Below, one piece after another: positions 22,488 through 33,720 of a stretch of 64,000 bases of DNA. The notes beneath the pieces are model-generated. The model had not been told where the DNA came from. It did no database searches and saw only the letters and a program-made list of their open reading frames with translations. The stretch is taken from NCBI RefSeq assembly GCF_937875145.1, contig NZ_CALNCS010000021.1, positions 10,476-74,475 on the forward strand, in the 5' to 3' direction. The first letter of the stretch is position 1. Each line of letters begins with the position of its first letter. A program made the translations under genes and the position numbers. This stretch comes from Alkalibaculum bacchi. GTDB taxonomy: Bacteria; Bacillota; Clostridia; Eubacteriales; Alkalibacteraceae.

Positions 22488-23420
22488 ATGAGTAAAATAG
22501 CTAAGAGTTTAACGGATTTAATTGGAAACACACCATTATTAGAATTATCAAATTACAACAAAAACAATGATTTAAGCGCTACTGTAATAGCAAAGCTAGA
22601 ATATTTTAATCCATTAGGTAGCATTAAAGACCGTATTGGTTATGCAATGGTCAAAGAGGCAGAAGAAAGAGGCATCCTAAAAGAAGGTGCTACTATTATC
22701 GAGTCTACTAGTGGAAATACAGGTATTGCTCTTTCCTTTGTGGCTGCAGCTAGGGGATACAGAATGATTATTACTATGCCTGATACAATGAGTATGGAAC
22801 GAAGAAATCTTTTAAAGGCATTAGGTGCAGAACTTGTATTAACACCAGGTGCGGATGGTATGAAAGGGGCTATTGCCAAAGCAAAAGAATTACAAGCTGA
22901 AATTCCAAATAGCTTTATACCACAACAATTTAATAATCCTGCAAACCCAGAAATCCACAAAAAGACGACTGCAGAAGAGATATGGAGAGATACAGAAGGT
23001 ACAGTAGATATTATTATTGCAGGTGTAGGAACAGGCGGAACGATTACAGGTGTGGGAGAAGTACTAAAGAATAAAAAACCAAGTGTTCAAATCATCGCAG
23101 TAGAGCCAATGGATTCACCAGTTCTTTCTGGTGGAAAACCCGGTGGACACAAAATCCAAGGAATCGGAGCAGGATTTGTTCCAGAAGTATACAATAGTGA
23201 ATTTATAGATGAAATATACCAAGTAACAAATGATGAAGCATTTGAAGCATCAAGGGCAGCATCAAAGAGTGAAGGTTTATTAGTAGGTATCTCATCAGGA
23301 GCAGCGCTACACGCAGCAACAGAAGTGGCAAAGAGACCTGAAAATAAAGGTAAGACAATTGTAGCAATCTTACCAGATACAGGAGAAAGATATCTTTCGA
23401 CAGCATTGTATCAAGAATAA
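22488..23420 (+). CDS. cysK: cysteine synthase A
   Basis: [32 protein letters not shown] motifs. Confidence 0.95.
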   Translation: MSKIAKSLTDLIGNTPLLELSNYNKNNDLSATVIAKLEYFNPLGSIKDRIGYAMVKEAEERGILKEGATIIESTSGNTGIALSFVAAARGYRMIITMPDTMSMERRNLLKALGAELVLTPGADGMKGAIAKAKELQAEIPNSFIPQQFNNPANPEIHKKTTAEEIWRDTEGTVDIIIAGVGTGGTITGVGEVLKNKKPSVQIIAVEPMDSPVLSGGKPGGHKIQGIGAGFVPEVYNSEFIDEIYQVTNDEAFEASRAASKSEGLLVGISSGAALHAATEVAKRPENKGKTIVAILPDTGERYLSTALYQE

Positions 23421-23424
23421 TCTA

Positions 23425-23476
23425 TACATTAAAAAAGTCTTTAGAATCATTGATTCCAAAGACTTTTTTTAATGTA
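23425..23476 (+). terminator. long (likely bidirectional) terminator after cysK
   Basis: TACATTAAAAAAGTCTTT..AAAGACTTTTTTTAATGTA inverted repeat. Confidence 0.75.
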
Positions 23477-23894
23477 GGAAATAATACTTGCTATGAGTTT
23501 GATGCTTCGTTGAAATTTTTCTATTCCTTGGTGGTTGGATGGTTGGTTTATTGGACGGAAAAAATAAACTCGTCTTTAGGCGGGAAAGTGCAAAAACCTT
23601 CGTAGCAAGCTACAAATCAAAGATTTTATTTAAATACAAGGTAGGTATATATATGTATATTTGACGTGAACTATTCTCATATATTAGGAAAGTCCTACTT
23701 TTGGACTTAAATATTATTTAAGCCCTCTTTATACGTGATGGAATCTTTGACCTGTAAGACTTGACCCTAGCACTGATGGTTGAAGACTGGCTGATATGGC
23801 TAAAGTGTCAAAGGGACTTTCTTGTATGTAGGGAGAGACGCCTCATCGCTTCGCATAAAGGTCACCTATGGTGATCAAATTTCCGTCCAACGAC

Positions 23895-24531
23895 CTAGTA
23901 TCCTAGGTTCTCTCCAACTAAAATAATCTTCACCCTTCCTACTTCCGTACTTCTTCTCGTGATAGTAACAGTAGAACAAATACTGTCGTCACCAAAGCAG
24001 TTACCGCATACTCCCATTTTAGCGCAAGGGGGTGTCTTTGCTTAGTCTTAGGGTATTTTTAGGGGAGGCAATATTTTGTGTTCTCCAGATTGCTTCATCG
24101 ATATCTTTACATATTTTATTCATACCTACAATGAGGATTACGTTTTTAGGTCCAAAAGCCAGAGCCGCCACTCGATTACCTACACCATCAATATTGACGA
24201 GTTCTCCTTTTATGGTAACGGCGTTAGAGCTCATAAGGTAGTAATCGCTAAAGATGGATTTCATAGCAGACTCTCTTAGCTCTTCAGGGGTATTGCCATC
24301 TTTTCGGTTTATATAAGTATAATTACCACTTTTTATAGCATCTAATAAGCCAATTTCAATAATAGATTCAGAACCACCATGAGATACTACAGAGCCTTGG
24401 GGTATTAGTTCTAAGGTCTTTTGCAGCGCAGATTCCTTATCTGGACAGTAAAAAGACTCGAATCGTCTCTTCTCAAATTGGGACATTAATGTGTTTGCCA
24501 TATTTTCATAATGTTTGTTTACTGGTTTCAC
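23895..24531 (-). pseudogene. lactate-utilization (LUD/LutC-like) protein with a +1 frameshift
   Basis: SSNAVTIKGELVNIDGVGNRVA; C-terminus PCAKMGVCGNC...IILVGENLGY* continues in another frame after a C5 run (24028-24032). Confidence 0.8.
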
Positions 24532-24720
24532 AGAATCACTCCTTGATATATTTTTTTAGGAAAACAAATAAATGTAGTACAAAAGTATACTTTTGTATAC
24601 CTCAAGTTTTCATATTGTAGATGTTTGATTTTTAGCTGAAAGCAAAGGGATTGGTTGGAAGGAAAAACCTATAAGCGCAACAAAACTTGTCTTTAAGTGA
24701 GATGAGGACCTCTAGTTAAT

Positions 24721-25596
24721 TTATTTGGGAACTATAATGTCGATATAATTCTCCATGAGTTTAAAATGAGCTTTATTTGTAATGGAAACTTCACCATCAA
24801 GATTAATGGGGAAGGGACAATCACTAGTTATGAGGATTTCTTTTCCTTTTATAAGTTGAACTTCTTTAATATCTCTATGCTTACCCTTCATATACTTAGG
24901 TAGTACGCGGAACATCTTTTCTTTAGACATATGCTTTACATGGCATATGTCAAAGTATCCATCGTCTAATTTGGCATCAGGGGTAGGCAGTACTCCTCCA
25001 CCATAAAATTTTCCGTTTGCTATAGCAGTTAAAAGAGTTTTTGCATGGAAAGCTTGTCCATCAATTTGGATATTTAAATCCCAACCTTTGTAAGAAAATA
25101 TGGTAAGTAGTGCGGAGACAAGATACGCAAGGCTTCCTGAAAAGTACTTTTTCGTCTTTTGTGTTCTAATTGCTACTTGTGTATCTAACCCAATACTGGC
25201 CATATTAATAAAGTATCGATCATTGCACATACCTAAATCAATTGTCTTGACTTTACCATGTATTGTATCTAAAATGCACTGTTCAGGTTCTTTAGGATCA
25301 CCTATACTTCGGACAAAGTCATTTCCAGATCCTGCTGGAACCACACCAAGAACAGCTTTAGAGCCTGTAATTCCATTGACTACCTCATTAACGGTCCCAT
25401 CACCGCCAACTGCAATGATTCTTTTATAATTATTTTCAATGCCCCACCGTGCAGTATCTTCAGCACCCCCTATACGTGGGGTCAGTTTTATCATATATTC
25501 TACATTTTCTTTCTCACAGATCCTTTTTATAATGGGCATAAGTTCAATAGATTTTCCTTTTCCTGCTACAGGATTGAGTACAAAGAATAATTTCAT
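24721..25596 (-). CDS. diacylglycerol/lipid kinase family protein (YegS/BmrU)
   Basis: NPVAGKG, GGDGTVNEV, PAGSGNDF motifs. Confidence 0.92.
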   Translation of the reverse strand: MKLFFVLNPVAGKGKSIELMPIIKRICEKENVEYMIKLTPRIGGAEDTARWGIENNYKRIIAVGGDGTVNEVVNGITGSKAVLGVVPAGSGNDFVRSIGDPKEPEQCILDTIHGKVKTIDLGMCNDRYFINMASIGLDTQVAIRTQKTKKYFSGSLAYLVSALLTIFSYKGWDLNIQIDGQAFHAKTLLTAIANGKFYGGGVLPTPDAKLDDGYFDICHVKHMSKEKMFRVLPKYMKGKHRDIKEVQLIKGKEILITSDCPFPINLDGEVSITNKAHFKLMENYIDIIVPK

Positions 25597-25891
25597 TAGA
25601 TTCTCCTATTATTGCATAAATTTCTTTACTTTTATCATACCGTAAATGACCTTTTGGCGCTATGTTTATTATTTAACTGAAAGGCAAATGATAGATAATA
25701 GTATAAATAATATTTTCATAAATGGTCATCCTAAGCTTATCTTATAGAAATGCTCCTTATTATATAAGTGAAAATATATTCCTGTATAAAATAAAAATAA
25801 TGTAAAGTTTTTTCATTAAAGTCTTCTATAAGACTTTTTATTTTGATAGAATAGCTAACGTGACATTCACATAAAAGAGGAGGATTGTTTT

Positions 25892-27331
25892 ATGTCAAAA
25901 CAACAAATAGGTGTAGTAGGTATGGCCGTTATGGGGCGAAATATTGCCTTGAATATTGAAAGTCGCGGATATACGGTTGCTTTATATAATCGGACTGAGT
26001 CAAAGACATCAGAAGTTGTAGCGCAAAACCCAGGTAAGCAGCTAAAAGCAACTTATAGCATCGAAGAATTTGTAGAAAGTCTAGAATCCCCACGTAAAAT
26101 TCTACTAATGGTTCAAGCAGGAGCTGGTACAGATTCTACCATTGGAAATTTACTGCCACATTTAGATAAAGGAGATATCCTTATCGACGGTGGAAACACA
26201 TTCTTTAAAGATACCATGAGAAGAAGTGAATATTTAGCTGAAAAGGGAATCAATTTTATAGGTACTGGTGTTTCTGGTGGAGAAGAAGGTGCTTTATTAG
26301 GGCCTGCTATAATGCCTGGTGGCCAGAAAGAGGCTTATGAATTAGTAGCTCCTATTCTAGAAAAAATCGCTGCGAAAGCAGAGGATGGTAAACCTTGTGT
26401 TACTTACACTGGCCCAGATGGAGCGGGTCATTTTGTAAAGATGGTTCATAATGGGATTGAGTATGGAGATATGCAATTGATTGCTGAAGCTTATGACATT
26501 TTACATCGTGGACTTGACTTATCTCCTAAGAAAATTGGTCAAATATTTGAAAAATGGAATAAAGGAGAATTGGATAGCTTTTTGATGGAAATCTCAGAAC
26601 AAATTCTTCAAACAGGAGATCCTGATACAGGCAGACCAATGGTCCATGTCATTATGGACAAGGCTGGCAACAAAGGAACAGGAAAATGGACATCACAAAG
26701 TGCCTTAGATTTAGGAGAACCCTTATCACTAATCACCGAATCTGTTTTTGCTCGTTTTATCTCTTCTCAAAAAGAACAAAGATTAAAGGCAAGTAAAATC
26801 ATTCCATCTGTAAAATCTCAAATAAGCTTTGATGAAAAGAGCAAGGGTGAATTTATCGATACACTTGGAAAAGCACTGTATTTTAGCAAAATCATGAGCT
26901 ATGCTCAAGGCTTTGCCCAAATGAGCGCAGCAAGTGAAGAATATAATTGGAAATTACCTTATGGTGAGATCGCAAGCATATTTAGAGCCGGTTGTATTAT
27001 CCGCGCTAAATTCTTACAAAAGATTACAGAGGCCTATAGGAAAAACCCAGATTTACAAAATCTAATGTTAGATGACTATTTCTTAAGTATCGTATCTGAA
27101 AATCATGAAGCTGTACGTAAAGTAGTTTCAACAGCAATTGCTATGGGCATTCCTGTACCCACATTTGCTAGTGCAATAACTTATTACGATTCTTATCGCT
27201 CAGAAGTTTTGCCAGCGAACTTAATTCAAGCTCAAAGAGATTTTTTTGGTGCTCATACTTATAACCGAGTAGACAAACCAGGAACATTCCACTTTCACTG
27301 GAATGAAGGTAAGGAAGAGTTGTTAGATTAG
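25892..27331 (+). CDS. gndA: NADP-dependent 6-phosphogluconate dehydrogenase
   Basis: [35 protein letters not shown] motifs. Confidence 0.96.
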   Translation: MSKQQIGVVGMAVMGRNIALNIESRGYTVALYNRTESKTSEVVAQNPGKQLKATYSIEEFVESLESPRKILLMVQAGAGTDSTIGNLLPHLDKGDILIDGGNTFFKDTMRRSEYLAEKGINFIGTGVSGGEEGALLGPAIMPGGQKEAYELVAPILEKIAAKAEDGKPCVTYTGPDGAGHFVKMVHNGIEYGDMQLIAEAYDILHRGLDLSPKKIGQIFEKWNKGELDSFLMEISEQILQTGDPDTGRPMVHVIMDKAGNKGTGKWTSQSALDLGEPLSLITESVFARFISSQKEQRLKASKIIPSVKSQISFDEKSKGEFIDTLGKALYFSKIMSYAQGFAQMSAASEEYNWKLPYGEIASIFRAGCIIRAKFLQKITEAYRKNPDLQNLMLDDYFLSIVSENHEAVRKVVSTAIAMGIPVPTFASAITYYDSYRSEVLPANLIQAQRDFFGAHTYNRVDKPGTFHFHWNEGKEELLD

Positions 27332-27393
27332 TAAAGGCAGATATAATGCAAGTATAGTGAGATAAATAAGATATAGTACAGGGGGCCCCAATA

Positions 27394-28374
27394 ATGAGTA
27401 ATTATAAAATCGCAATCGTCAATTCTAGTAGCTTTGGCAAATGGTTTCCAAAACATATAGAACGTTTAGATTCCATTGGGCGAGTTGAAAGCTTTACCTT
27501 TGATAATGATATTGATGGAGTTACACTAGCTAAGGAATTAGAAGGATTCAATATTATTATTTCAAGTGTTACGCCTTTCTTTACAAAAGAATTTTTTGAA
27601 CACAAGGATGAGTTACTCTTAATCTCTAGACATGGAATCGGTTATAACAATATTGATTTAGATGCAGCCAAGGAAAAGAAAACGATAGTAACCATTGTGC
27701 CACCTTTAGTAGAACGAGATGCCGTAGCAGAGAACGCTGTTGCAAACTTAATGGCCATTTTGCGCCGAACTATAGATTCATCAAAAGCAGCTACAGACAA
27801 CCGTTGGGTAGAGCGTGCAACTTTTATGGGACACAATTTAACAGGCAAAACCGTAGGTGTCATTGGTTGTGGCAATATTGGCAGTCGAGTAGCTGAAATA
27901 TTAAAACATGGTTTTAATACCCGGCTATTGGTGACAGACCCCAATGTAGATACACAATGGGCTGAAAAACATGGTGCTGAAATTGTTGGATTAGATGAAC
28001 TCCTTACCCAAGCTGATATGATTTCATTGAATGCCTCATTAAATGATACAAGTTATCAAATATTAGATAAAGAAGCTTTCTCAAAAATGAAACGGGGGGT
28101 CTATATTACAAATACAGCTCGTGGAGCATTGATAAAAGAAGAAGATTTACTTGAGGCTATTGACAAAGGTATTGTTTGTGCAGCTGCTACAGATGTGATG
28201 GTCAAAGAGCCAGCTTCTAATACACACCCCTATTACAGCAATGATCGAATACTTGTGACCCCACATACATCAGCTTACACCTTTGAATGTTTAGAAGGCA
28301 TGGGAGAAAAATGTGTCACAGATGTAGAGCAAATCATCAAAGGGGAAACTCCAGATAGCATAGTTAGCAGGTAG
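27394..28374 (+). CDS. D-2-hydroxyacid dehydrogenase family protein
   Basis: RHGIGYNN, GCGNIG, NTARG, TPHTS motifs. Confidence 0.9.
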   Translation: MSNYKIAIVNSSSFGKWFPKHIERLDSIGRVESFTFDNDIDGVTLAKELEGFNIIISSVTPFFTKEFFEHKDELLLISRHGIGYNNIDLDAAKEKKTIVTIVPPLVERDAVAENAVANLMAILRRTIDSSKAATDNRWVERATFMGHNLTGKTVGVIGCGNIGSRVAEILKHGFNTRLLVTDPNVDTQWAEKHGAEIVGLDELLTQADMISLNASLNDTSYQILDKEAFSKMKRGVYITNTARGALIKEEDLLEAIDKGIVCAAATDVMVKEPASNTHPYYSNDRILVTPHTSAYTFECLEGMGEKCVTDVEQIIKGETPDSIVSR

Positions 28375-28597
28375 GGTTGAGAGATGAAAAAATTGCATAT
28401 TATAAATTAAATCATTTGAGATGAGGATAAGAGAGTGTTAAAAGTTAAAAATAATTTATTGTAACGATATCATTACAAATTTTATTCATTAAGATTATAC
28501 TCCTTGGTAATAAGTAAACAAAAATAGCTTCAAAACCGATACGTGTTTTGAAGCTATTTTTGCATAATTAAGTACTTTTGAATAATACTAATTATGT

Positions 28598-29440
28598 TTA
28601 GTTATCGATTTGAGTTGTATTGATTACTTTTCGAATAGTAGTAAAGTATTCTTCATTGTCGTCAATTTTAATAGCGTACATCATAAAAAGTGCATCTACT
28701 AGTGTGATTTGTGAAACTAATGAGGAAACTGCCTCTGGTCGGTAGGTTGTTTCATCCGAAACAGATACTAGAACGATATCGCTTAGTTTGGTTAATGGAG
28801 ACGTCATATTACTTGTGATAGCAATGATAGGCACTCCGTTTTTTTTGGCGATTTTAGCGATTTCAAGAGAATCTTTATTTCTACCAGTATGTGAAATAAT
28901 TAAGGCACAGTCTTGACTTGTTAGACCCGCAACATGCATCAATTGAAAATGAAAATCTTGAAGAAAGCTACACTTAAGAGACGTTCGCATAAAACGGTGG
29001 AATGCATCTAAAGCCACAACTTGTGATGCACCTAATGCAAAAATAGCACATGTTCTTGCATTAGCTAAAATTTCGATTGCCTTTACGAGGTTTTCTTCTT
29101 GAAGCATCGATTGTGTTTCTTCTAAAGAGAGCTTTCCCATATAAAAAGAATTTGAAGCAATATCACAATAAGAATGTTCCTTGTTAATGAATGGAAAGAA
29201 TTTTATTGTTGCATTTTGGTTGTTTTCATAAATCTTGAGTTTCATATCTTGAAAAGAGCCATAACCTAACTTTTTAGTAAGACGAGAAATTGTTGCAATA
29301 GAGACATTAGTTGCTTCAGAAATATCTTGAATGGTCATTCTAGCAGCTGTTTCTATATTTTCAAGAATGTAATCGACGACTTTTTTTTGAGACTTGGTTA
29401 AACTTGTATAATCTTTTCCGACAATGCTCTGAAAAGACAT
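28598..29440 (-). CDS. RpiR/MurR family transcriptional regulator
   Basis: N-terminal HTH (VSIATISRLTKKLGY) plus SIS domain (ISHTG). Confidence 0.92.
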   Translation of the reverse strand: MSFQSIVGKDYTSLTKSQKKVVDYILENIETAARMTIQDISEATNVSIATISRLTKKLGYGSFQDMKLKIYENNQNATIKFFPFINKEHSYCDIASNSFYMGKLSLEETQSMLQEENLVKAIEILANARTCAIFALGASQVVALDAFHRFMRTSLKCSFLQDFHFQLMHVAGLTSQDCALIISHTGRNKDSLEIAKIAKKNGVPIIAITSNMTSPLTKLSDIVLVSVSDETTYRPEAVSSLVSQITLVDALFMMYAIKIDDNEEYFTTIRKVINTTQIDN

Positions 29441-29680
29441 AATATCACCGCCGTTTTAAAGTATTAGTAAAGAAAAAATTTACAAAAATCAGGAAGGAAT
29501 AATTTGTTTTATTATATTTTAACCTACAATTTTTTATAAAGCAAGCAGATAAGATATTGTGAGAGGAGCGTCAACACAGCAATAAAAATATTTTTCAATA
29601 TCGTATTGACAAAATGCAAAAAGTTTTTAAAATTGTAATCGTAAACAAAAAAGAATTAGGGTTAATAAGGAGGATAAAAA

Positions 29681-30508
29681 ATGGAAGTAAGTGTATTTCA
29701 GGCATTAGTAATTGCTGTATGGATAGCTCTTGTCATGAGTCGAAGTTTATTAGGTGGAGCGACGTTAACTATGCGTTTTTCTCCATTAATGACAGGTTTG
29801 ATTGTAGGAATCGTCTTTGGACAAGTATCGCAAGCTATGATTATTACGGCTGCCATTCAATTAATTTATATGGGTGTTTTTTCGCCAGGTGGTCAAATGC
29901 CATCTGAACCTGCAATTGCAGCAGCTATTGCAGTACCTGTAGCTTTATTAAGTAATTTAGAGCCAGAAGCAGCTATTGGAGTAGCTGTACCAGTTGGTCT
30001 TTTAGGATCTTATTTATATCAATTTAGATTTTTTGTAAATACTTTTATCATGCAAAAGTTTACGGATAAATATGCAGAAGAAGGAAACGAAAAAATGTTG
30101 ACGACGTCTATCATCGTTTATCCAATTATAGCATCATTTATCATTTATATACCATTTATGTTTATAGCCTTATATTATGGAGCACCTGTAATTGCAAGCA
30201 TTGTAGAATCCAATTCAGGTAGTGTGTTATTCCATATTCTGTCTGTTATAGGTGGTGGATTAGCGGCTATTGGTATTGCTGTCACAGTATACGTTATTGG
30301 GAAGAAAAGCTATATTGCCTTTTTCTTATTAGCATATTTCTTAGCAGTAGTATTTAGAGATTTAGGCATCACAATGGTAACCTACGCAATTTTTGGAGCC
30401 ATCATTGCATTCATCTATGTATTGTCTAAGGGTGAGGGTTCATCTACTCCTCAAGTTGCTCAAGGTGGATCAGCGGTCATTCTTGATGACGATGACGATG
30501 ACTATTAA
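29681..30508 (+). CDS. PTS mannose/fructose/sorbose family IIC
   Basis: hydrophobic; PLMTGLIVG, QLIYMGVFSPGG..PSEP motifs. Confidence 0.88.
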   Translation: MEVSVFQALVIAVWIALVMSRSLLGGATLTMRFSPLMTGLIVGIVFGQVSQAMIITAAIQLIYMGVFSPGGQMPSEPAIAAAIAVPVALLSNLEPEAAIGVAVPVGLLGSYLYQFRFFVNTFIMQKFTDKYAEEGNEKMLTTSIIVYPIIASFIIYIPFMFIALYYGAPVIASIVESNSGSVLFHILSVIGGGLAAIGIAVTVYVIGKKSYIAFFLLAYFLAVVFRDLGITMVTYAIFGAIIAFIYVLSKGEGSSTPQVAQGGSAVILDDDDDDY

Positions 30509-30524
30509 AAGGGAGGATTAGGAT

Positions 30525-31229
30525 ATGAGTAATCAAATTCAAAAAGATGTAAGTCTTAAACCAGAAGAAATAACCAAAAGAGATGTAGGCATAGCCTGGT
30601 TAAGATTTCACTTTGCAAATGAAATACCACATGCTTTTGACAGATATATTTCACCAGCATTAATGTGGGCATTAATGCCAATACTAAAAAAACTTTACAA
30701 AGATAAAAATGATTTAATTGCAGCATATCAACGACATCTACTGTTCTTTAATACCCAATTATCGTGGGGTGGTGGAACGATAACAGGTATTATGGCATCT
30801 CTTGAACAAGCACGTGCTAACGAAATGTACAATGGTGACCCAATTAGCATCAATGACGATTTTACAAAAAATATCTTACTAAGCGCTGGTTCAAGAACTG
30901 GGTTAAAGGTTCGCGTATTAAAAGAGGATGGAGCAGTAAGGTATTGGAATGACCGACAATACGATAATTATAAAGTGGTTTTATTGACAAAAACCGTTGA
31001 GGCTATGGCGGGAATTATTAAGGGTGGCGTACCCATTAAACAATTAAACCTTGGTGGTATTCCTCAAAAACCAGGTCTCACATCTGTAATTCCTGAAGTA
31101 TCAATCACGAAAGAAGAATTAGATATATTAGTAGACCTAAACGAAAAGTATGGAGTAGATATTTACTTCCAAGCCATTCCATCTTCTAAGAAGGTGTCGT
31201 TAAAAGAAGCTATTAAATTATTTGATTAA
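30525..31229 (+). pseudogene. in-frame chimera of PTS IID N-terminus and PTS IIB C-terminus
   Basis: IID-type RHLLFFNTQ...ASLE then, after ..INDD (~30860), IIB-type LNLGGI...QAIPS; IIB phospho-His region absent. Confidence 0.8.
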
Positions 31230-31247
31230 TACAGAAAGAGTGATAAT

Positions 31248-31694
31248 ATGGTAGGTTTATTGTTAATAAGCCATGGTCAAATGGCTGTGGGCATGATTGA
31301 TAGTTTAAATTTAATAGCTGGATCAGCTGAAGGCATTGATACAGTTTCTCTTATAGCAGGACAAGATTTTGAAATGTTTAAAAGTGAAATTTCAGAAAAA
31401 ATCAAAGCCTTAGATAGTGGTGATGGAGCATTAATCCTTGTAGATTTATTTGGAGCTTCCCCTTATAATGCGTCCATGTTCTTGTACAAAGAGCTGAAGG
31501 AGTCTGGTGTTCATATTCGAATTGTAACAGGAATGAGTTTATCTATGCTCTTGGAGATAAACGCTATGAGAGGGTCTATGTCGTTAGAACAATTAGCTCA
31601 ACATGCTGTAAATAGCGGTAGAGATGGAATACAAGAGCCTATTTCTCAAATGTTAAATAGTACAGAGACAGACGATGAAGAAGGTAATTACTAA
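31248..31694 (+). CDS. PTS mannose-family IIA
   Basis: LLISHG (His), LVDLFGASPYN motifs. Confidence 0.9.
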   Translation: MVGLLLISHGQMAVGMIDSLNLIAGSAEGIDTVSLIAGQDFEMFKSEISEKIKALDSGDGALILVDLFGASPYNASMFLYKELKESGVHIRIVTGMSLSMLLEINAMRGSMSLEQLAQHAVNSGRDGIQEPISQMLNSTETDDEEGNY

Positions 31695-32627
31695 TGAAAA
31701 AGGTGCTCGTCACCCCAAGATCTTTTGCTAAATACAATCGTCAAGAGATTTTAGCTCTATTCCAAAGCAATAGTATAGAACCTATTTTTAATGCTTATAA
31801 CGCCATTATGAATGAAGAACAACTTATAGAAGCACTAAAAGATGTGGATGGGCTAATAGATCGGAGTAGATCCTATTACGGAAAAGGTTATAAACAGTGC
31901 GCCCAATTTAAAAGCTATTGCAAAATATGGTGTTGGTATTGATAATATTGATATGAATACAGCAGAGGTTAAAAAGATTTCTGTCTCGAGAACAGTAGGT
32001 GCAAACTCTTCAGCAGTGGCTGATTATAGCTTTGCCTTATTAATGGCTGTTGCAAGGAGAGTAGTGGAGATTCATAATGGCTGTAAAAATGGCGATTGGG
32101 GTAAAAAAATTGCCTTAGATGTTTTTGGTAAAAAGATTGGTATCCTCGGTTTAGGAGCTATAGGACGAGGCATGGTACAGCGTGTAAAAGGTTTTAATAT
32201 GGACATCTACGCATATGATGTTTTTAAAGATGAAGGATATATTCAAGAAAATAGTATTAAATTTGTGGATGTAGAAACCATTATGCGAGAATGTGATTTC
32301 ATTAGTATACACATGCCATTAACAGAAGAGACTCATCATATGATCAATGGGGACTTATTGAGTAAAGCTAAATCGAATTTGGTTTTAATCAACACAGCTA
32401 GAGGTGGCATAGTTGATGAAGAAGTACTATACCAAGCAATTGTAGACAAGAAGATCTATGGTGCTGGAATTGATGCTTTTGAAGAAGAACCACCACAAAA
32501 CTCTAAACTATTGTCTTTAGAAAATGTGATAGTAGGTTCTCATACAGCAGCATCTTCCTTTGAGGCTACAAATTTGATGAGTCTAATGGCTACAGGAAAT
32601 ATTATTAAGGACTTAGGGAGAGTGTAA
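31694..32627 (+). pseudogene. phosphoglycerate-dehydrogenase-like 2-hydroxyacid dehydrogenase, frameshifted
   Basis: ..VDGLI then an extra G near 31859; IGVDP..KYGVGIDNID continues in the 31953-32627 frame. Confidence 0.82.
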
Positions 32628-33256
32628 TGAATAAAGCTGAGTTGATGGGAAAATTAAAAGAAGAAAAACTTATAGCCGTAATTCGTGGCAACAATGAAGA
32701 AGAAGTTATAAAGACAGTGGAAGCAGTATATAAAGGAGGAATTAAATTTATTGAGCTGACATTTACGGTTCCAAATGCTGTCAAAGTAATAGAAAGTTTA
32801 GTAGAGCGATTTAAAGGCGAGGATATTATTATAGGTGCTGGAACTTGCATGGATCTTGTTAGTGCACGCCTTGCAATATTAGCAGGAGCACAATTTGTTG
32901 TAAGCCCACATTTAGATGAAGAAATCATTATGCTTTGCAATTCATACTGCATTCCAGTTTTTCCAGGTGCTACTACGGTTAAAGATATGGTCACCTGCTT
33001 GAGCTTAGGCGCAGGCGTGATCAAATTATTTCCAGGGGATATTTTTGGACCGAAAGCCATTAAGGCATTTAAAGGTCCTTTACCACAAGCAGAATTTATG
33101 CCTACTGGCGGAGTTAGCTTAGACAATGTAAAAGAATGGCTTGATCATGGTGCATATGCAGTAGGCGTTGGAAGTGTCTTAACGAAAGGAGCGAAGGCTG
33201 GCAACTTTAAAGAAGTTGAAGAAGATGCTCGGAAATTTGTTGAAGCAGTAAAATAA
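32627..33256 (+). CDS. eda: KDPG/KHG aldolase
   Basis: IAVIR, IGAGT, FVVSP, KLFPG, MPTGGV motifs. Confidence 0.9.
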   Translation: MNKAELMGKLKEEKLIAVIRGNNEEEVIKTVEAVYKGGIKFIELTFTVPNAVKVIESLVERFKGEDIIIGAGTCMDLVSARLAILAGAQFVVSPHLDEEIIMLCNSYCIPVFPGATTVKDMVTCLSLGAGVIKLFPGDIFGPKAIKAFKGPLPQAEFMPTGGVSLDNVKEWLDHGAYAVGVGSVLTKGAKAGNFKEVEEDARKFVEAVK

Positions 33257-33359
33257 ACTAAATATTACTTTATAAGCAGCTACTCGTAAGCTATTTATAA
33301 AATAACGATGACCACGAGAAATATCCCATACTTTTTCTCGTGGCATTTTATCTAATAAA

Positions 33360-33635
33360 AAAGTAAAAGTAATCTACTTAGATAGTATTGGAAGCAAAGG
33401 AGATGTACACATCTTTACGAATAATACTTTGAATCTCAATCTGGCTGAAGTTTATGAACATCAAAAGGATAAGTCCCTTTCTGAATTTGGAGACGTTATT
33501 ATTACTTCAGGGGAGTATAAGGAGAATAGGGTAGTCGTTCATACAAAAGAATTTGAAGAAGATATGGAGCGTATAGAAGGGAAACTAAATTATTTTGTAG
33601 ATGTACTCGAACAAATTATTAGCAAATTAAAATAA
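33360..33635 (+). pseudogene. probable 5'-truncated gene remnant
   Basis: frame is open upstream of TTG 33429 (KVKVIYLDSIGSKG..) with no start codon or RBS. Confidence 0.4.
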
Positions 33636-33720
33636 TTTATTAATAAAAGGCCGTTCCTGGCAATTATAGAGGTATAATAAAGATATTGTTATAATTGTAG
33701 ATGATACAGGGGTGATAGAG

